A DNA stretch of 64,000 bases from a virus: the IMG/VR virus record IMGVR_UViG_3300012984_000014, positions 1-64,000 of that record, one strand, 5' to 3'. Numbering within the stretch: position 1 is the stretch's first letter; the number at the start of each line of letters is the position of its first letter. Shown piece by piece: positions 43,240-52,577 of the stretch. A program made the translations under genes and the position numbers. A model generated the notes under the pieces. The model saw only the letters and a program-made list of their open reading frames with translations. It did no database searches and was not told where the DNA came from.

Positions 43240-44406
43240 ATGGGAAGCAGCACCGAAGAGTTCGACAGCAGCGGGCGCAAGAAGGTCAAGTGCGAGATCT
43301 GCGACAAGTTCTACCACCGCGTGGACGTGCACGCGAAAAAGATCCATAAGATTGAAGCTTCGGCGTATGCCAAGAAGTTCCCGCTTGCCGAGTTGATGAG
43401 CGAGTCGGCGCGCGAAAAGCAAGCAGAAGAGGAGGCGGCGGCGTTGGCTCCGCCTCTGCCCACGCCCGGAGTCGGCCCGGGGTCGTCTGCTGATATTTCC
43501 AAGCCGCTGCGCTTCGGCGCTGCTTCACTGTTCGAGCGCACGGGGCTCGAAGCCGAAGACATCATCAAGGTTCCGATGCACGATGAAAATTGGGTGATCG
43601 GCGCCAGTGAGCAAGCGAACCTCGAAGCGCTCGCCCTCGGCATCGAGATGAACGAGAACGTGTTGATCGTCGGCCCTCCCGGCGTAGGCAAGTCCACCCT
43701 CGCTCGCGAGCTGGCAAGCGTCTGCAATCAGCCGGTCACGCGTCTGAGCTTCACCGGCGAAGTCCGTGTGGGCGACTTGATGGGAGGCTCCCGGATCATC
43801 GTCGACCCGACGAGTGGCCAGGCCATCACCAAATACATTGACGGCCCGTTGCCAATCGCCGCTGAAAAAGGGCATTGGATCATCATGGAGGAGTTCGACA
43901 GCGCGCCGAGCCAAGTCACGTTCGCCATGCACTCGATGCTGGAACGCCCACGCCAACTCCGCTTGATGGAGTCGGATCGCGAGGTCGAATTCAACCAGCA
44001 CTTCCGCGTCCTCGCCACGGCGAACACCTTGGGCTATGGCGACGAGTCGGGCCTGTACGCGGGCACCGCGCCGATGAACGAGGCGCTCTTGGATCGCTTT
44101 GGGATTGTAATCCGTGTGGATTATCCCAAAAAGGAAGATGAAGTCAACATCCTGACGGAGAGGACTGGCATCAAGAAGGAGTGGGCAGAAATGTTGGTGG
44201 ACGTGGCCACGAAGGTCCGCGACGCGCAACGCCAAGAGTCGACGATGACTAGCCTCAGCCCGCGTCGCCTCATCATGTGGGCGGCGATGACGGTGAAGAT
44301 GAAGCACCCGCGCGCCGCTGCGCGCATCACAATTCTGAACAAGCTCCCGCCCCAAGATCATGTCTTTGTCGAAGGCATCATCCAACGTCTGTTTGGTGGA
44401 AAATGA
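43240..44406 (+). CDS. MoxR/CbbQ/CobS-like AAA+ ATPase with an N-terminal C2H2-like zinc finger
   Basis: GPPGVGKS, IIMEEFD, ATANTLG, NEALLDRF and SPRRL. N-terminal CEIC...H...H. Confidence 0.88.
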   Translation: MGSSTEEFDSSGRKKVKCEICDKFYHRVDVHAKKIHKIEASAYAKKFPLAELMSESAREKQAEEEAAALAPPLPTPGVGPGSSADISKPLRFGAASLFERTGLEAEDIIKVPMHDENWVIGASEQANLEALALGIEMNENVLIVGPPGVGKSTLARELASVCNQPVTRLSFTGEVRVGDLMGGSRIIVDPTSGQAITKYIDGPLPIAAEKGHWIIMEEFDSAPSQVTFAMHSMLERPRQLRLMESDREVEFNQHFRVLATANTLGYGDESGLYAGTAPMNEALLDRFGIVIRVDYPKKEDEVNILTERTGIKKEWAEMLVDVATKVRDAQRQESTMTSLSPRRLIMWAAMTVKMKHPRAAARITILNKLPPQDHVFVEGIIQRLFGGK

Positions 44407-46415
44407 GCAGCGCGGCCAAAACCAAGGTTGGAGGCGTTGACCCTTCCCTGCTGGGGTTGGTCGGGCCGTTCACCAAGATCGCCCGCGCGATGTCGTCGCA
44501 ATGGAACGTGACGATCATCCCGAGCGGATTCTCTTGCAAGACGGACGGGAAAACCATCTACATCCCGTTCACATCGGACTTCCTCCCGGAAAGCCAACGC
44601 CAGCAGTTGCACGGGATGCTGGATCACGAAGTCTGTCACGTGGTGGAAGAGCAGGAACACACATCCGCGGGCCGCGCCACCCCGATGGACATCCTGAAGG
44701 GCGAGAAGAACAAGACCATTCGGATGCTCACCAACTGCGTCGAAGACGTCCGGATTGAGATCAAGTGGAGCCGGGTCTATCCCGGGGTGGCCGAGAACTT
44801 GAATGCCATCAATCTGGAGTCTGCTCGCGCTTGGGAAAAGAAGCCGGAGGCGCGGCCGAACTTCTGGGATCGTTTAGGGTGTGCTTTCATTCTGAAGGCG
44901 CGCGGAATCGAACCGACTTGGGTTGGAAAAGAAACGTTGGAAGCTTTGGACAAAGTGTCCGAAGAATTGGAGGAATCACGCAATATTCGTTGGGCACAAG
45001 ATAGCTACGACATCGCGGAACGGATCTACAAGAAGCTGAAGGCGGACGCCGAAGAAACGCTGGAACGCGACAAGAAGGCCAAGGAAGAGAAGGGGAAGGG
45101 CAAGAAAAAGAAGAAGGTCAAGGTCAAGGTCGTTGAAGACGACGAGCCAGCCCCCGAGGGCGACGCGGAAGAAGGCGACGAAGCCGGAGAGCTCGAAGAC
45201 GGCGACACAGTTCGCAAGGGCAAGGCCGGATCGTCTGGCGACGATGGAACTGAGATCGAAACGGACGACGACACGGGCGGCCCGGAGTCGGACGAGGACG
45301 AAGAGGAGAAGAGCGCTGGCGGCGAAGCGGAAGCCGATGAAGAGGGCGAGGACGAAGAAAAGGCCGACAGCAAAGGCGGTTCTCCGGATGAAGATTCAGA
45401 GCCGACCGAGGAAGAAGTTGCGCGCGCCAAGGAGGTCGTCGAAGGCGAGTCGTCTACGGACGACCTGATGGACGAAGTGAAGTCGGACGTCGAGAAGGCC
45501 GCGCGCTCGGACGCGCGAACCCATCGCCGCTACGTGCCCGACTTCGATATGAAGAAGCTGGACAAGTGGATCAAGCCGTCGCCAACGTTCGACGCAGACG
45601 TCAACTACAAGAACGCGCGCGCGGAGGTCCAGTCGCAGATCGGCGCCATCCGTTCCAAGCAGCTCGCCTACATACAGACCATTACTCGAAAGCGCCTGGT
45701 GCCGAACCAAGACGCCGGCCGTTTGGACACCCAGCGCCTCGCGTCGGTTCGTACGGGCGCCACCGACGTCTTCAACTTCATCAAGAAGGGCCGAAACCTG
45801 GACACCTCGTTCGAGGTTCTTCTGGACCTCTCCGGCTCGATGGGTTCTGGAGACGCCCCGGGCCGCGCTGCCTATTACGCCAAGCGCACCGCCATTGCCC
45901 TGGCAGAGCCTTGGGAATCGCTTCGGATCCCGTTCGAGATCATCGGGTTCACCAACAATCACATGCGCGGTTCGTTCCGATCCGGAGACCCGGATGCCGT
46001 CCGAAGGTGTCCCTTTGACTTCTACATTTTCAAGGGCTGGAATGAGCGCATGGCAGCGTGTCGGACGCGCTTTTCAGCGATCCGAGGCTATGACGACAAC
46101 GCAGACGGCGAGGCTGTCCACGCCGCTGCTTGCCGCCTCGCGGTCCGCCCCGAGAAGCGACGGATCTTGGTGGTTGTCTCCGACGGCCTCCCGTGCCATT
46201 CTGGCATCAGCCGTTCCGCTCTCGATGATCACCTCAGGGAGACCGTCCGCCAGATCACCCGTGCTGGCATTGAGGTCATCGGCGTCGGCGCCGGAACGGA
46301 CGCACCCGCGCAATTCTACAACAAGTCAACCGGCGCCAGCAACATGATCATCAAGGATCTGAACAAACTCGCCACGACGCTTTTCAAAACTCTTCGAGAC
46401 AGGATGCTGAAATGA
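44403..46415 (+). CDS. CobT-like VWA-domain protein with an N-terminal HExxH domain and acidic linker
   Basis: HEVCH...NCVEDVRIE, acidic linker, MIDAS LLDLSGSMG, NADGEA and VVSDGLP. Confidence 0.85.
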   Translation: MSSAAKTKVGGVDPSLLGLVGPFTKIARAMSSQWNVTIIPSGFSCKTDGKTIYIPFTSDFLPESQRQQLHGMLDHEVCHVVEEQEHTSAGRATPMDILKGEKNKTIRMLTNCVEDVRIEIKWSRVYPGVAENLNAINLESARAWEKKPEARPNFWDRLGCAFILKARGIEPTWVGKETLEALDKVSEELEESRNIRWAQDSYDIAERIYKKLKADAEETLERDKKAKEEKGKGKKKKKVKVKVVEDDEPAPEGDAEEGDEAGELEDGDTVRKGKAGSSGDDGTEIETDDDTGGPESDEDEEEKSAGGEAEADEEGEDEEKADSKGGSPDEDSEPTEEEVARAKEVVEGESSTDDLMDEVKSDVEKAARSDARTHRRYVPDFDMKKLDKWIKPSPTFDADVNYKNARAEVQSQIGAIRSKQLAYIQTITRKRLVPNQDAGRLDTQRLASVRTGATDVFNFIKKGRNLDTSFEVLLDLSGSMGSGDAPGRAAYYAKRTAIALAEPWESLRIPFEIIGFTNNHMRGSFRSGDPDAVRRCPFDFYIFKGWNERMAACRTRFSAIRGYDDNADGEAVHAAACRLAVRPEKRRILVVVSDGLPCHSGISRSALDDHLRETVRQITRAGIEVIGVGAGTDAPAQFYNKSTGASNMIIKDLNKLATTLFKTLRDRMLK

Positions 46416-47473
46416 TCCAGGGCCAGGTGGACCACGAATTGTACGAAGACATCGAGCGTGAGCTGATGCCCATCATCCGCTCCGCGGCGCGGCGCTTCGC
46501 GCCCGGCCTCGGAATCAGCACTGAGGATGCCGTCCAAGAGGGGCGCCTGGCGCTGATGCTCGCTCTGAAGGGATATGACTACAACGCCAGCAAGGGCGGG
46601 ATTTACAACTTTGCCCGCAAGACCATCCGGAACGCGATGTGCGGTCTGCTCTACTCGGCCACGACGCAGAGCCGATGCCCGCGCGTGGTGATGGAAGAGA
46701 ACGGCGAGCTGGTTGTTGTGAAGATGTGGCCGGCTCTGACGGACGTTCCCGAGGTCCATCCGGACAGGGATGCCAAGACGCCTGAAGAACTGGCGATCGA
46801 AAGCGAGTTCACGGACAAAATCCGTGTACTTCGTATGCGCTTGGTCAATCGCCTAAATCCTTTTCAGCTGAAAGTCTTGAGTTGCATTTCCAGAAACAAC
46901 GTTCTTTTTGAGACATTCTTGCGCAATCGAGACGAGCCCGAGGCGACGCACGCTCTCATCGGCGAGTGGCTTGGAATGGGAATGGACGAAGACGGCGAAG
47001 CCAAATTGGCCTCGGGCAATCGCCACACCAAAAAGAATGCCGTTGATTGGGCCGTCCACAGAATCAAGCAGCACTTCACGGTTCTGATGGAGGCCGAATT
47101 CAGCGACATCGTGGAGGAGGCCATACAAGCCGGGAAGTGGCCCATGTTTTACGTTTCGACGAAGCAAAACGACAAGTCCTTCATTCAGGGCATCATCGAG
47201 AAGCGCTCGCTGGACGCGCGCCCGATCTCCTCCCCTGAAATCAAGGCCCGTACCGGCAAGGACGGGACGCGAGCCGTCCGGCACATCGAAACGTATTCGT
47301 GGGGCTCGGTCATCATGCTAAGTTTTGGCGAAAATGCAGCAACCGTAGTTGCCGAAGGACGATTCAACGCCATCAGCGGCGAGGTCCTTCAGCCGTCGGG
47401 CTCCTGGAAGTCCATTCTGGACGTTGTTCCCTGGTACGTCAAAGCGTCGCACTTTATCAACGAAAAGGGCTGA
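46412..47473 (+). CDS. Phage sigma-70-like transcription factor with a C-terminal extension
   Basis: Region 2 EDAVQEGRLALMLALKGYD...YNFARKTIRNAM and region 4-like TPEE...LNPFQLKVL. Confidence 0.7.
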   Translation: MIQGQVDHELYEDIERELMPIIRSAARRFAPGLGISTEDAVQEGRLALMLALKGYDYNASKGGIYNFARKTIRNAMCGLLYSATTQSRCPRVVMEENGELVVVKMWPALTDVPEVHPDRDAKTPEELAIESEFTDKIRVLRMRLVNRLNPFQLKVLSCISRNNVLFETFLRNRDEPEATHALIGEWLGMGMDEDGEAKLASGNRHTKKNAVDWAVHRIKQHFTVLMEAEFSDIVEEAIQAGKWPMFYVSTKQNDKSFIQGIIEKRSLDARPISSPEIKARTGKDGTRAVRHIETYSWGSVIMLSFGENAATVVAEGRFNAISGEVLQPSGSWKSILDVVPWYVKASHFINEKG

Positions 47474-47474
47474 A

Positions 47475-48344
47475 ATGGCTGACAAGAGGATGCCGCGGTG
47501 CCTCGGCTCATTCGAGGAAGACGACCCGCAATGCGATGGCGATCCTGTAGGAAAGACAGAAGCCGAGCGCGCGCCATGCGCATATCGCGATAGGTGCGCC
47601 GGCTTCGTGAAGCTGATGCAGATCACCAAGCGGCCGCGGGATTACTTCATCAGGACGATGGAAGTGATCGGGCAAGGCAAGTCCAAGCCGGTCGCTTACA
47701 CATTCGCAAATCATGAAGGGTTCGAGGAGCAGGTGAACGAGCAGATTCTGCTGTATGGAATCCACGGCGGACGAGCGCGCAACGAAAAGCCGTTGAAGCC
47801 TCGAATGGTGGTGAAAAAGACGCCGAAGGTAACGGGGCTCAGGAAGCCACCTAGGCCCACCAAGGCGTTTGCTCGGGCCGGGGCCAAGGCTCGGGCCAAG
47901 CAAACTCGGGACGGCCGCGAGAAGTCAAAAGAGGTGGGACAGTGGTACATCAAGCGCGTGGCGACTCGTTTGGCACGGAAGGTGGCTGCGTTCGAGGAGT
48001 CCGCGCGCCCTGGCGAGTTGTTCCTTGTGGACCGGCTCGAATCCTCCAACTACTGTGCCTTGTACTGCAAGGGGAAGACGCGGCGGATCGCGATCACGAG
48101 TTACCTGTACAAGCCGAACAGGGGGCTGATCGAGGTCCGCCTGGCAGTGGCGTTTGCGGACTACATGACAGCGTGCTCACGCTCGGAGCGTGATGGGCTC
48201 GCCCCGGTCGACCACACAGGCAAAGACGGGGCTTTCAAGGTGCGAATCATGAACGTTGACTCGCACAACGCGAGCGTGATAGCAGAGACGCTTTCCAAGG
48301 TGGACAAGCGCGGCGGCTTCGCGTTCCCAGAGGCAAGAACATGA
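47475..48344 (+). CDS. Hypothetical protein (N-terminal Cys cluster, basic centre)
   Basis: ATG at 47475 after the sigma stop. CLG...C...CAYRDRC. Confidence 0.55.
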   Translation: MADKRMPRCLGSFEEDDPQCDGDPVGKTEAERAPCAYRDRCAGFVKLMQITKRPRDYFIRTMEVIGQGKSKPVAYTFANHEGFEEQVNEQILLYGIHGGRARNEKPLKPRMVVKKTPKVTGLRKPPRPTKAFARAGAKARAKQTRDGREKSKEVGQWYIKRVATRLARKVAAFEESARPGELFLVDRLESSNYCALYCKGKTRRIAITSYLYKPNRGLIEVRLAVAFADYMTACSRSERDGLAPVDHTGKDGAFKVRIMNVDSHNASVIAETLSKVDKRGGFAFPEART

Positions 48345-49330
48345 AGAAGAAAATGGTGATCGTCGGCGGAGGTATCTCGGGCTTGATCGCGTCCTGGGTG
48401 TACACGCAGGTGCCCGGGCTCGACGTCGTGGTGCTGGAGCCGGGGAAGCCGGGCGGAGACTTCGCGGCCGGCGGGCTCAAGTACATCCACAAGACGGACC
48501 CGATGGAGGAGCTGCTTCAAGACCTCCGAATCACTTACACAGACTACAGCGTTCAGGGCGGCATCCTGCTCCACGGCGCCGTGGAGCCTTTCCCGGCAGT
48601 CCTCAAAGGGATGGACAAGGGGCGCGCGCTACGGATTCAGCACGATCACTACCGCAAGACACGCCAGATCGAGCCCGACGCCTTTGCCGCGCGCTCGATG
48701 AACGACCCTGAAAGCTCGGGCCCGCGGAAGGCGCTCCGCTGCGATATGGAAAGGATGCTCAAGGACTTGATCGGGCTCGCGCCGATCGCAAAGGATGGCT
48801 GCGCGCGCATCGATCCTCACCGTGTAATCGGGACGTCGGGCAATCAATACCTGTTCGACTACCTGCTGCTGACCATCCCGATCTGGGTGATCAAGACCAT
48901 GGTCTGGTTCCCGCTCCCGGACACGATGGCCATCAAGCTGAACCTCGTGATGGTCGACCCGCCGGAGAAGGTCGACGCCTTTGCCCAGTGGGATTACGTC
49001 TACACGCCATACACACCCGAGAACATGATCCATCGGATCAGCCCGCGCGACGGCGGCTACACGTGCGAGTTCAACGGCGCCTGGGAGGAGGGCGACGGAA
49101 CCGGGGACAAACTCACCTCTGAGCTCAACTTCCTGTTCCCGGGCGGCTGGGCGCTCGCGCGGACGCTGAAGGGCCTCAACGGACACCTGCTGCCGATGAC
49201 CACCAAGCCCGTCTGGCCCGACAACATCCGCCCGCTCGGGCGCTTTGCGCAGTGGGATCCGCGGATGACCTCCGACGTCGTGCTCAGTACGTGTCTGGAA
49301 CAGGCAAAAGCATGGAATCTGACTACCTAG
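48341..49330 (+). CDS. FAD-dependent oxidoreductase
   Basis: IVGGGISGL...VVVLE dinucleotide-binding motif, LLLTIP and C-terminal LGRFAQW. Confidence 0.85.
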   Translation: MKKKMVIVGGGISGLIASWVYTQVPGLDVVVLEPGKPGGDFAAGGLKYIHKTDPMEELLQDLRITYTDYSVQGGILLHGAVEPFPAVLKGMDKGRALRIQHDHYRKTRQIEPDAFAARSMNDPESSGPRKALRCDMERMLKDLIGLAPIAKDGCARIDPHRVIGTSGNQYLFDYLLLTIPIWVIKTMVWFPLPDTMAIKLNLVMVDPPEKVDAFAQWDYVYTPYTPENMIHRISPRDGGYTCEFNGAWEEGDGTGDKLTSELNFLFPGGWALARTLKGLNGHLLPMTTKPVWPDNIRPLGRFAQWDPRMTSDVVLSTCLEQAKAWNLTT

Positions 49331-50217
49331 TCAGGATGTGGGCTGCCCAAGAGCAGCAGCAGCGTGAACTAGGGCTCGACCCCGCGGAACTGAGCGACGT
49401 CGAACGGCGACGCCTAGGTGATGATCTCGCGCTCCTCCTGCACGAGGAGGCGTCAGAGCTGGGGCGCCTTTCCGGAGGCTACAAGCGGCACATCCTGCGT
49501 GCGTCGAAGGTGGACCGTCACGCGGTCGCGTTCGAGTGCGCGGACGTGCTGAAGACGATGCTGGCCCAGGCGCAACTCCACGGCGTGACGCTAGGCGAGT
49601 TGGTCGACGCCTTCACGCAGAAGACCGAGGCCGTGCGCCAGAAGGCGCTCGCCGAACACCTGGAGCTGAGCGAGTCCTGCCGCGTCCTGTGCGTGGACGT
49701 GGACGACGTGATCTGCGACCTCGAACCTTGGCGCGACGAGTTGAAGAAGCTCGGGCCCGTCGAAGCAGCGGCCGCGCTCCGCCTCGAAGCGTCGGAGGAC
49801 ATGAAGAACGCCTTTTACTCGGGCGGACGCTTCCGCGAGATGGCGGCCGTTCCCGGAGCTGCCGAAGGACTCGCGCGCGTCTCCGCGGCCGGGGTCAAGA
49901 TCGTCCTCATCACGGCGCGCCCCCAGTGGCAGTACAAGCGCCTCCATTCTGACACGGTCTACTGGCTAAACCGCGAGGGAATGACGTACGACCTCCTGCT
50001 GTTCAGCCGGAACAAGGTGGAGGCCGTCTATGACCACGTGCGCCCGGCGTGGCCCATCGCTTTCGTGGAAGACCACCCGGTCAATGCCGATGCAATCGCT
50101 GAAGCTGGCATTCAAGTCCTTCTGTACGATCAACCACACAATCGTCACGTTTCAGCGAAGTCAGGGATCACCCGGGTAGCTAGCTGGACCGATATCACAA
50201 CGAAGTTGGGAGTGTAA
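49312..50217 (+). CDS. All-alpha (dimeric dUTPase/MazG-like) NTP pyrophosphatase fused to a HAD 5'(3')-deoxyribonucleotidase
   Basis: LHEEASEL...FECADVL...LVDAFTQK for the MazG-like part. VDVDDVI (DxD), ITARP, FVEDHPVN and DQPHN for the NT5C-like HAD part. Start is 49312 or 49336. Confidence 0.78.
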   Translation: MESDYLVRMWAAQEQQQRELGLDPAELSDVERRRLGDDLALLLHEEASELGRLSGGYKRHILRASKVDRHAVAFECADVLKTMLAQAQLHGVTLGELVDAFTQKTEAVRQKALAEHLELSESCRVLCVDVDDVICDLEPWRDELKKLGPVEAAAALRLEASEDMKNAFYSGGRFREMAAVPGAAEGLARVSAAGVKIVLITARPQWQYKRLHSDTVYWLNREGMTYDLLLFSRNKVEAVYDHVRPAWPIAFVEDHPVNADAIAEAGIQVLLYDQPHNRHVSAKSGITRVASWTDITTKLGV

Positions 50218-50223
50218 TCTGAA

Positions 50224-51582
50224 ATGAACAACGCAGACAGCAGCTACGATTACGAGCAATACAACAAGCGCCTGATGGGCAACATCGTCCGGATGCCTCT
50301 GGTGGTCGGCAGTGCCAAGGGTTGCCATTTGGAGGTTCGTCTAGGAGGCGGTCCGGAAGTCGAACCCATCTTGGACTTCTGGGGCGATGAGGGCGTGGCC
50401 TCGCTCGGCTACAACTCGGACGAGTTCCGGATGGCCATGGCCGAATTCCTGAACGCTGAGATGCCGCAACGCCTCCCCGACGTCTACCCGCACGAACTGC
50501 GTTGGCAGGCGGCAGAGATCATCTGCTCGCGTACGGGCATGGATCGCCTGTTCTACTCCAACAGCGGCACGGAGGCGAACGAGGCCGCCATCAAGCTCGC
50601 GCGCAAATACTGGTGGGACAAGGAAGCTGCCGAGGGAACCCCGGGCTTTGGCGACGCCTTCCCTCAGTTCAAGAACTGCGCGCGCCGACACAAGATATAC
50701 ACCATTGAAGGCAACTTCCACGGCCGCACGGGCTACTCGCTCGCCGCGAGCGACTACCGCGTCAGCCCGTACCACCGCACCGGCTACGGCGTCAGCGCAC
50801 CGGGTTTCGGCGTGATCACGGAAGACCTCCGTGAAGTCGCCTTCGACGGCCAGGAAATGACGGGCATCGAGGAGCCCGACTGGACCAAGGTCGCTGCCGT
50901 GATGCTCGCACCCGTCCTCGGGAACAATCTGGTCAAGACCTATCCGCAGAGCTTCTGGGAACGGCTCGACCGTCTCCGGAAGCAGCACGGCGTCCTGCTC
51001 GTGTACGACGATGTACAGGCGGGCAACGGGCGAGCCGGCCACTACGCTACGTGGCAGAAGTGCGGCGTCAAGCCGGACATCATGTCACTCTCCAAGGGCA
51101 TTGCGATGGGGCTCCCGATGAGCGTCACGCTGGCCTCGGAGGAGGTCGCCAAAAGCTTCGCAACGCCAGGCGTCCACTTCAACACGTTCGGCGGGACGCT
51201 CTTGTGCTGCCACTTGGCGATCAAGCTCTACAAGTGGTTGGACGAGCACCTGCACGAAGTCCGCGAGCGCGGCGACTTCATCCGGGAGCAGTTCGGCGCG
51301 CGCTCCTGGATAAAGCACTTCGACGGCTCCGGGATGCTGAACGCCTTCCAGCCGGACTTCAAGGAGTTTGGCTATGACGGCTATCAATTCATCGCGCGCT
51401 CGCGGGAGAACGGGCTGGCTCTCGTGACTCACCGCCAGCATGGGATGATCCGCTTCACGCCTCCGCTGAACGTCACGCAGAGCGACCTACAGGAGGCGTT
51501 CAACATCCTCGACAGGACCCACAAACAGCTCGCGGCGGAAGCCGTCGCGGACGCCGAAAAACTCGGAATGGGGGCGGTTTGA
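50224..51582 (+). CDS. Class III PLP-dependent aminotransferase (ArgD/OAT-like)
   Basis: NSGTEANEAAIKLAR, GNFHGRT, DDVQAGNGRAG, PDIMSLSKG (PLP lysine), TFGG and IRFTPPL. Confidence 0.92.
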   Translation: MNNADSSYDYEQYNKRLMGNIVRMPLVVGSAKGCHLEVRLGGGPEVEPILDFWGDEGVASLGYNSDEFRMAMAEFLNAEMPQRLPDVYPHELRWQAAEIICSRTGMDRLFYSNSGTEANEAAIKLARKYWWDKEAAEGTPGFGDAFPQFKNCARRHKIYTIEGNFHGRTGYSLAASDYRVSPYHRTGYGVSAPGFGVITEDLREVAFDGQEMTGIEEPDWTKVAAVMLAPVLGNNLVKTYPQSFWERLDRLRKQHGVLLVYDDVQAGNGRAGHYATWQKCGVKPDIMSLSKGIAMGLPMSVTLASEEVAKSFATPGVHFNTFGGTLLCCHLAIKLYKWLDEHLHEVRERGDFIREQFGARSWIKHFDGSGMLNAFQPDFKEFGYDGYQFIARSRENGLALVTHRQHGMIRFTPPLNVTQSDLQEAFNILDRTHKQLAAEAVADAEKLGMGAV

Positions 51583-52577
51583 ACACGCCCAAGGTCACGC
51601 TCCTTTCGCACACGGGGCTCCCGCTGGAAACGGTGATGAGCCTCTGGAACGCCTCGAAGGATGAGCTGCCGCTGCTCACCCCAGAGGAGATCAAGGCGAC
51701 GGTCGACCCGGATGACGTCCGCAAGCTGTTCCGCGAGGTCATCGCGCAACACATCCCCGTCGGCGAGTCGGTGGACTTCGTGTTCATGATCGAGGGCGTC
51801 AGCGTCTCGTGGCGCGAGCAGGCCGTGCGTCATCGCATCGGCGTCAAGCCCTCGCCCGAGCGCCTGGGGATCGACATCGGCATGATCGACGTGAAGGACT
51901 TACCGAACCTAGCCGACAGCGTTTATTGGTCTCAGTCGATGCGAATCCAGAACATGGGCAAGTTCGCCGATTTGGACAACTATCGGACGCCGGAGACGAT
52001 CGTGCAGCACGCCGATTCCGAAAAGTTGAAGGCCATATATGACGAGACGATGTGGCTTATCCAGGAAGGCTACAACAAGTTGGTCGCGGCCGGGATCCCG
52101 ATGGAGGACGCACGCGAGCTGATCCCGCTCGGGGCCACGCACCGCATCTCGTGGAAGCTGAACATCAGCTCGCTCCAACACATCGTGTCGAAGCGCGGCT
52201 GCTGGATCCTACAGCTCGGAATCTGGGGCCCGGTCATCGAGGGGATGATCCGAGAATTGACCGAAAAGGTGGATCCAATCTTCGGTGAGTTGGTCACACC
52301 TCCGTGCCTGAAGGGCGACGAGTTCAAGGGCTGCGTCTACATGGAGGAGAACCGTCGGCGCTACACCGGCGACGACAAGCTGCCTCCGTGCCCGCTCCAC
52401 GTCGTCCACCACCACATGGACCAGTCGACGCCGGCAGCGGACCGTCAGTTGGTCGCGTCTTGCGGCATCGACCTCGGGGTGCCGATGCAATCCGAGATGC
52501 GCAAGCGCGCTGAAGATTACCGCAGTTTTTGGGGTCGTGACCCGTACTCGGGCAAACGGCTGCGCGTGCTCCGATGA
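51579..52577 (+). CDS. thyX: Flavin-dependent thymidylate synthase homologue with an insertion in the ThyX motif
   Basis: HIPVGE...FVFMIEGVS...REQAVRHR...SQSMR and EDARELIPLG...LNISSLQHIVSKR. Confidence 0.82.
   Translation: MNTPKVTLLSHTGLPLETVMSLWNASKDELPLLTPEEIKATVDPDDVRKLFREVIAQHIPVGESVDFVFMIEGVSVSWREQAVRHRIGVKPSPERLGIDIGMIDVKDLPNLADSVYWSQSMRIQNMGKFADLDNYRTPETIVQHADSEKLKAIYDETMWLIQEGYNKLVAAGIPMEDARELIPLGATHRISWKLNISSLQHIVSKRGCWILQLGIWGPVIEGMIRELTEKVDPIFGELVTPPCLKGDEFKGCVYMEENRRRYTGDDKLPPCPLHVVHHHMDQSTPAADRQLVASCGIDLGVPMQSEMRKRAEDYRSFWGRDPYSGKRLRVLR

Noticed and set aside
43240-46415. Cobalamin biosynthesis (cobS/cobT) as an auxiliary metabolic pathway
   Set aside because: There is no CobN or other cob gene. 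This is the generic MoxR-VWA pair common in phages.
50224-51582. Host arginine-biosynthesis gene (argD) indicating chromosomal contamination
   Set aside because: It is translationally coupled within phage nucleotide genes, no other arg genes are present, and the specificity motifs are altered.
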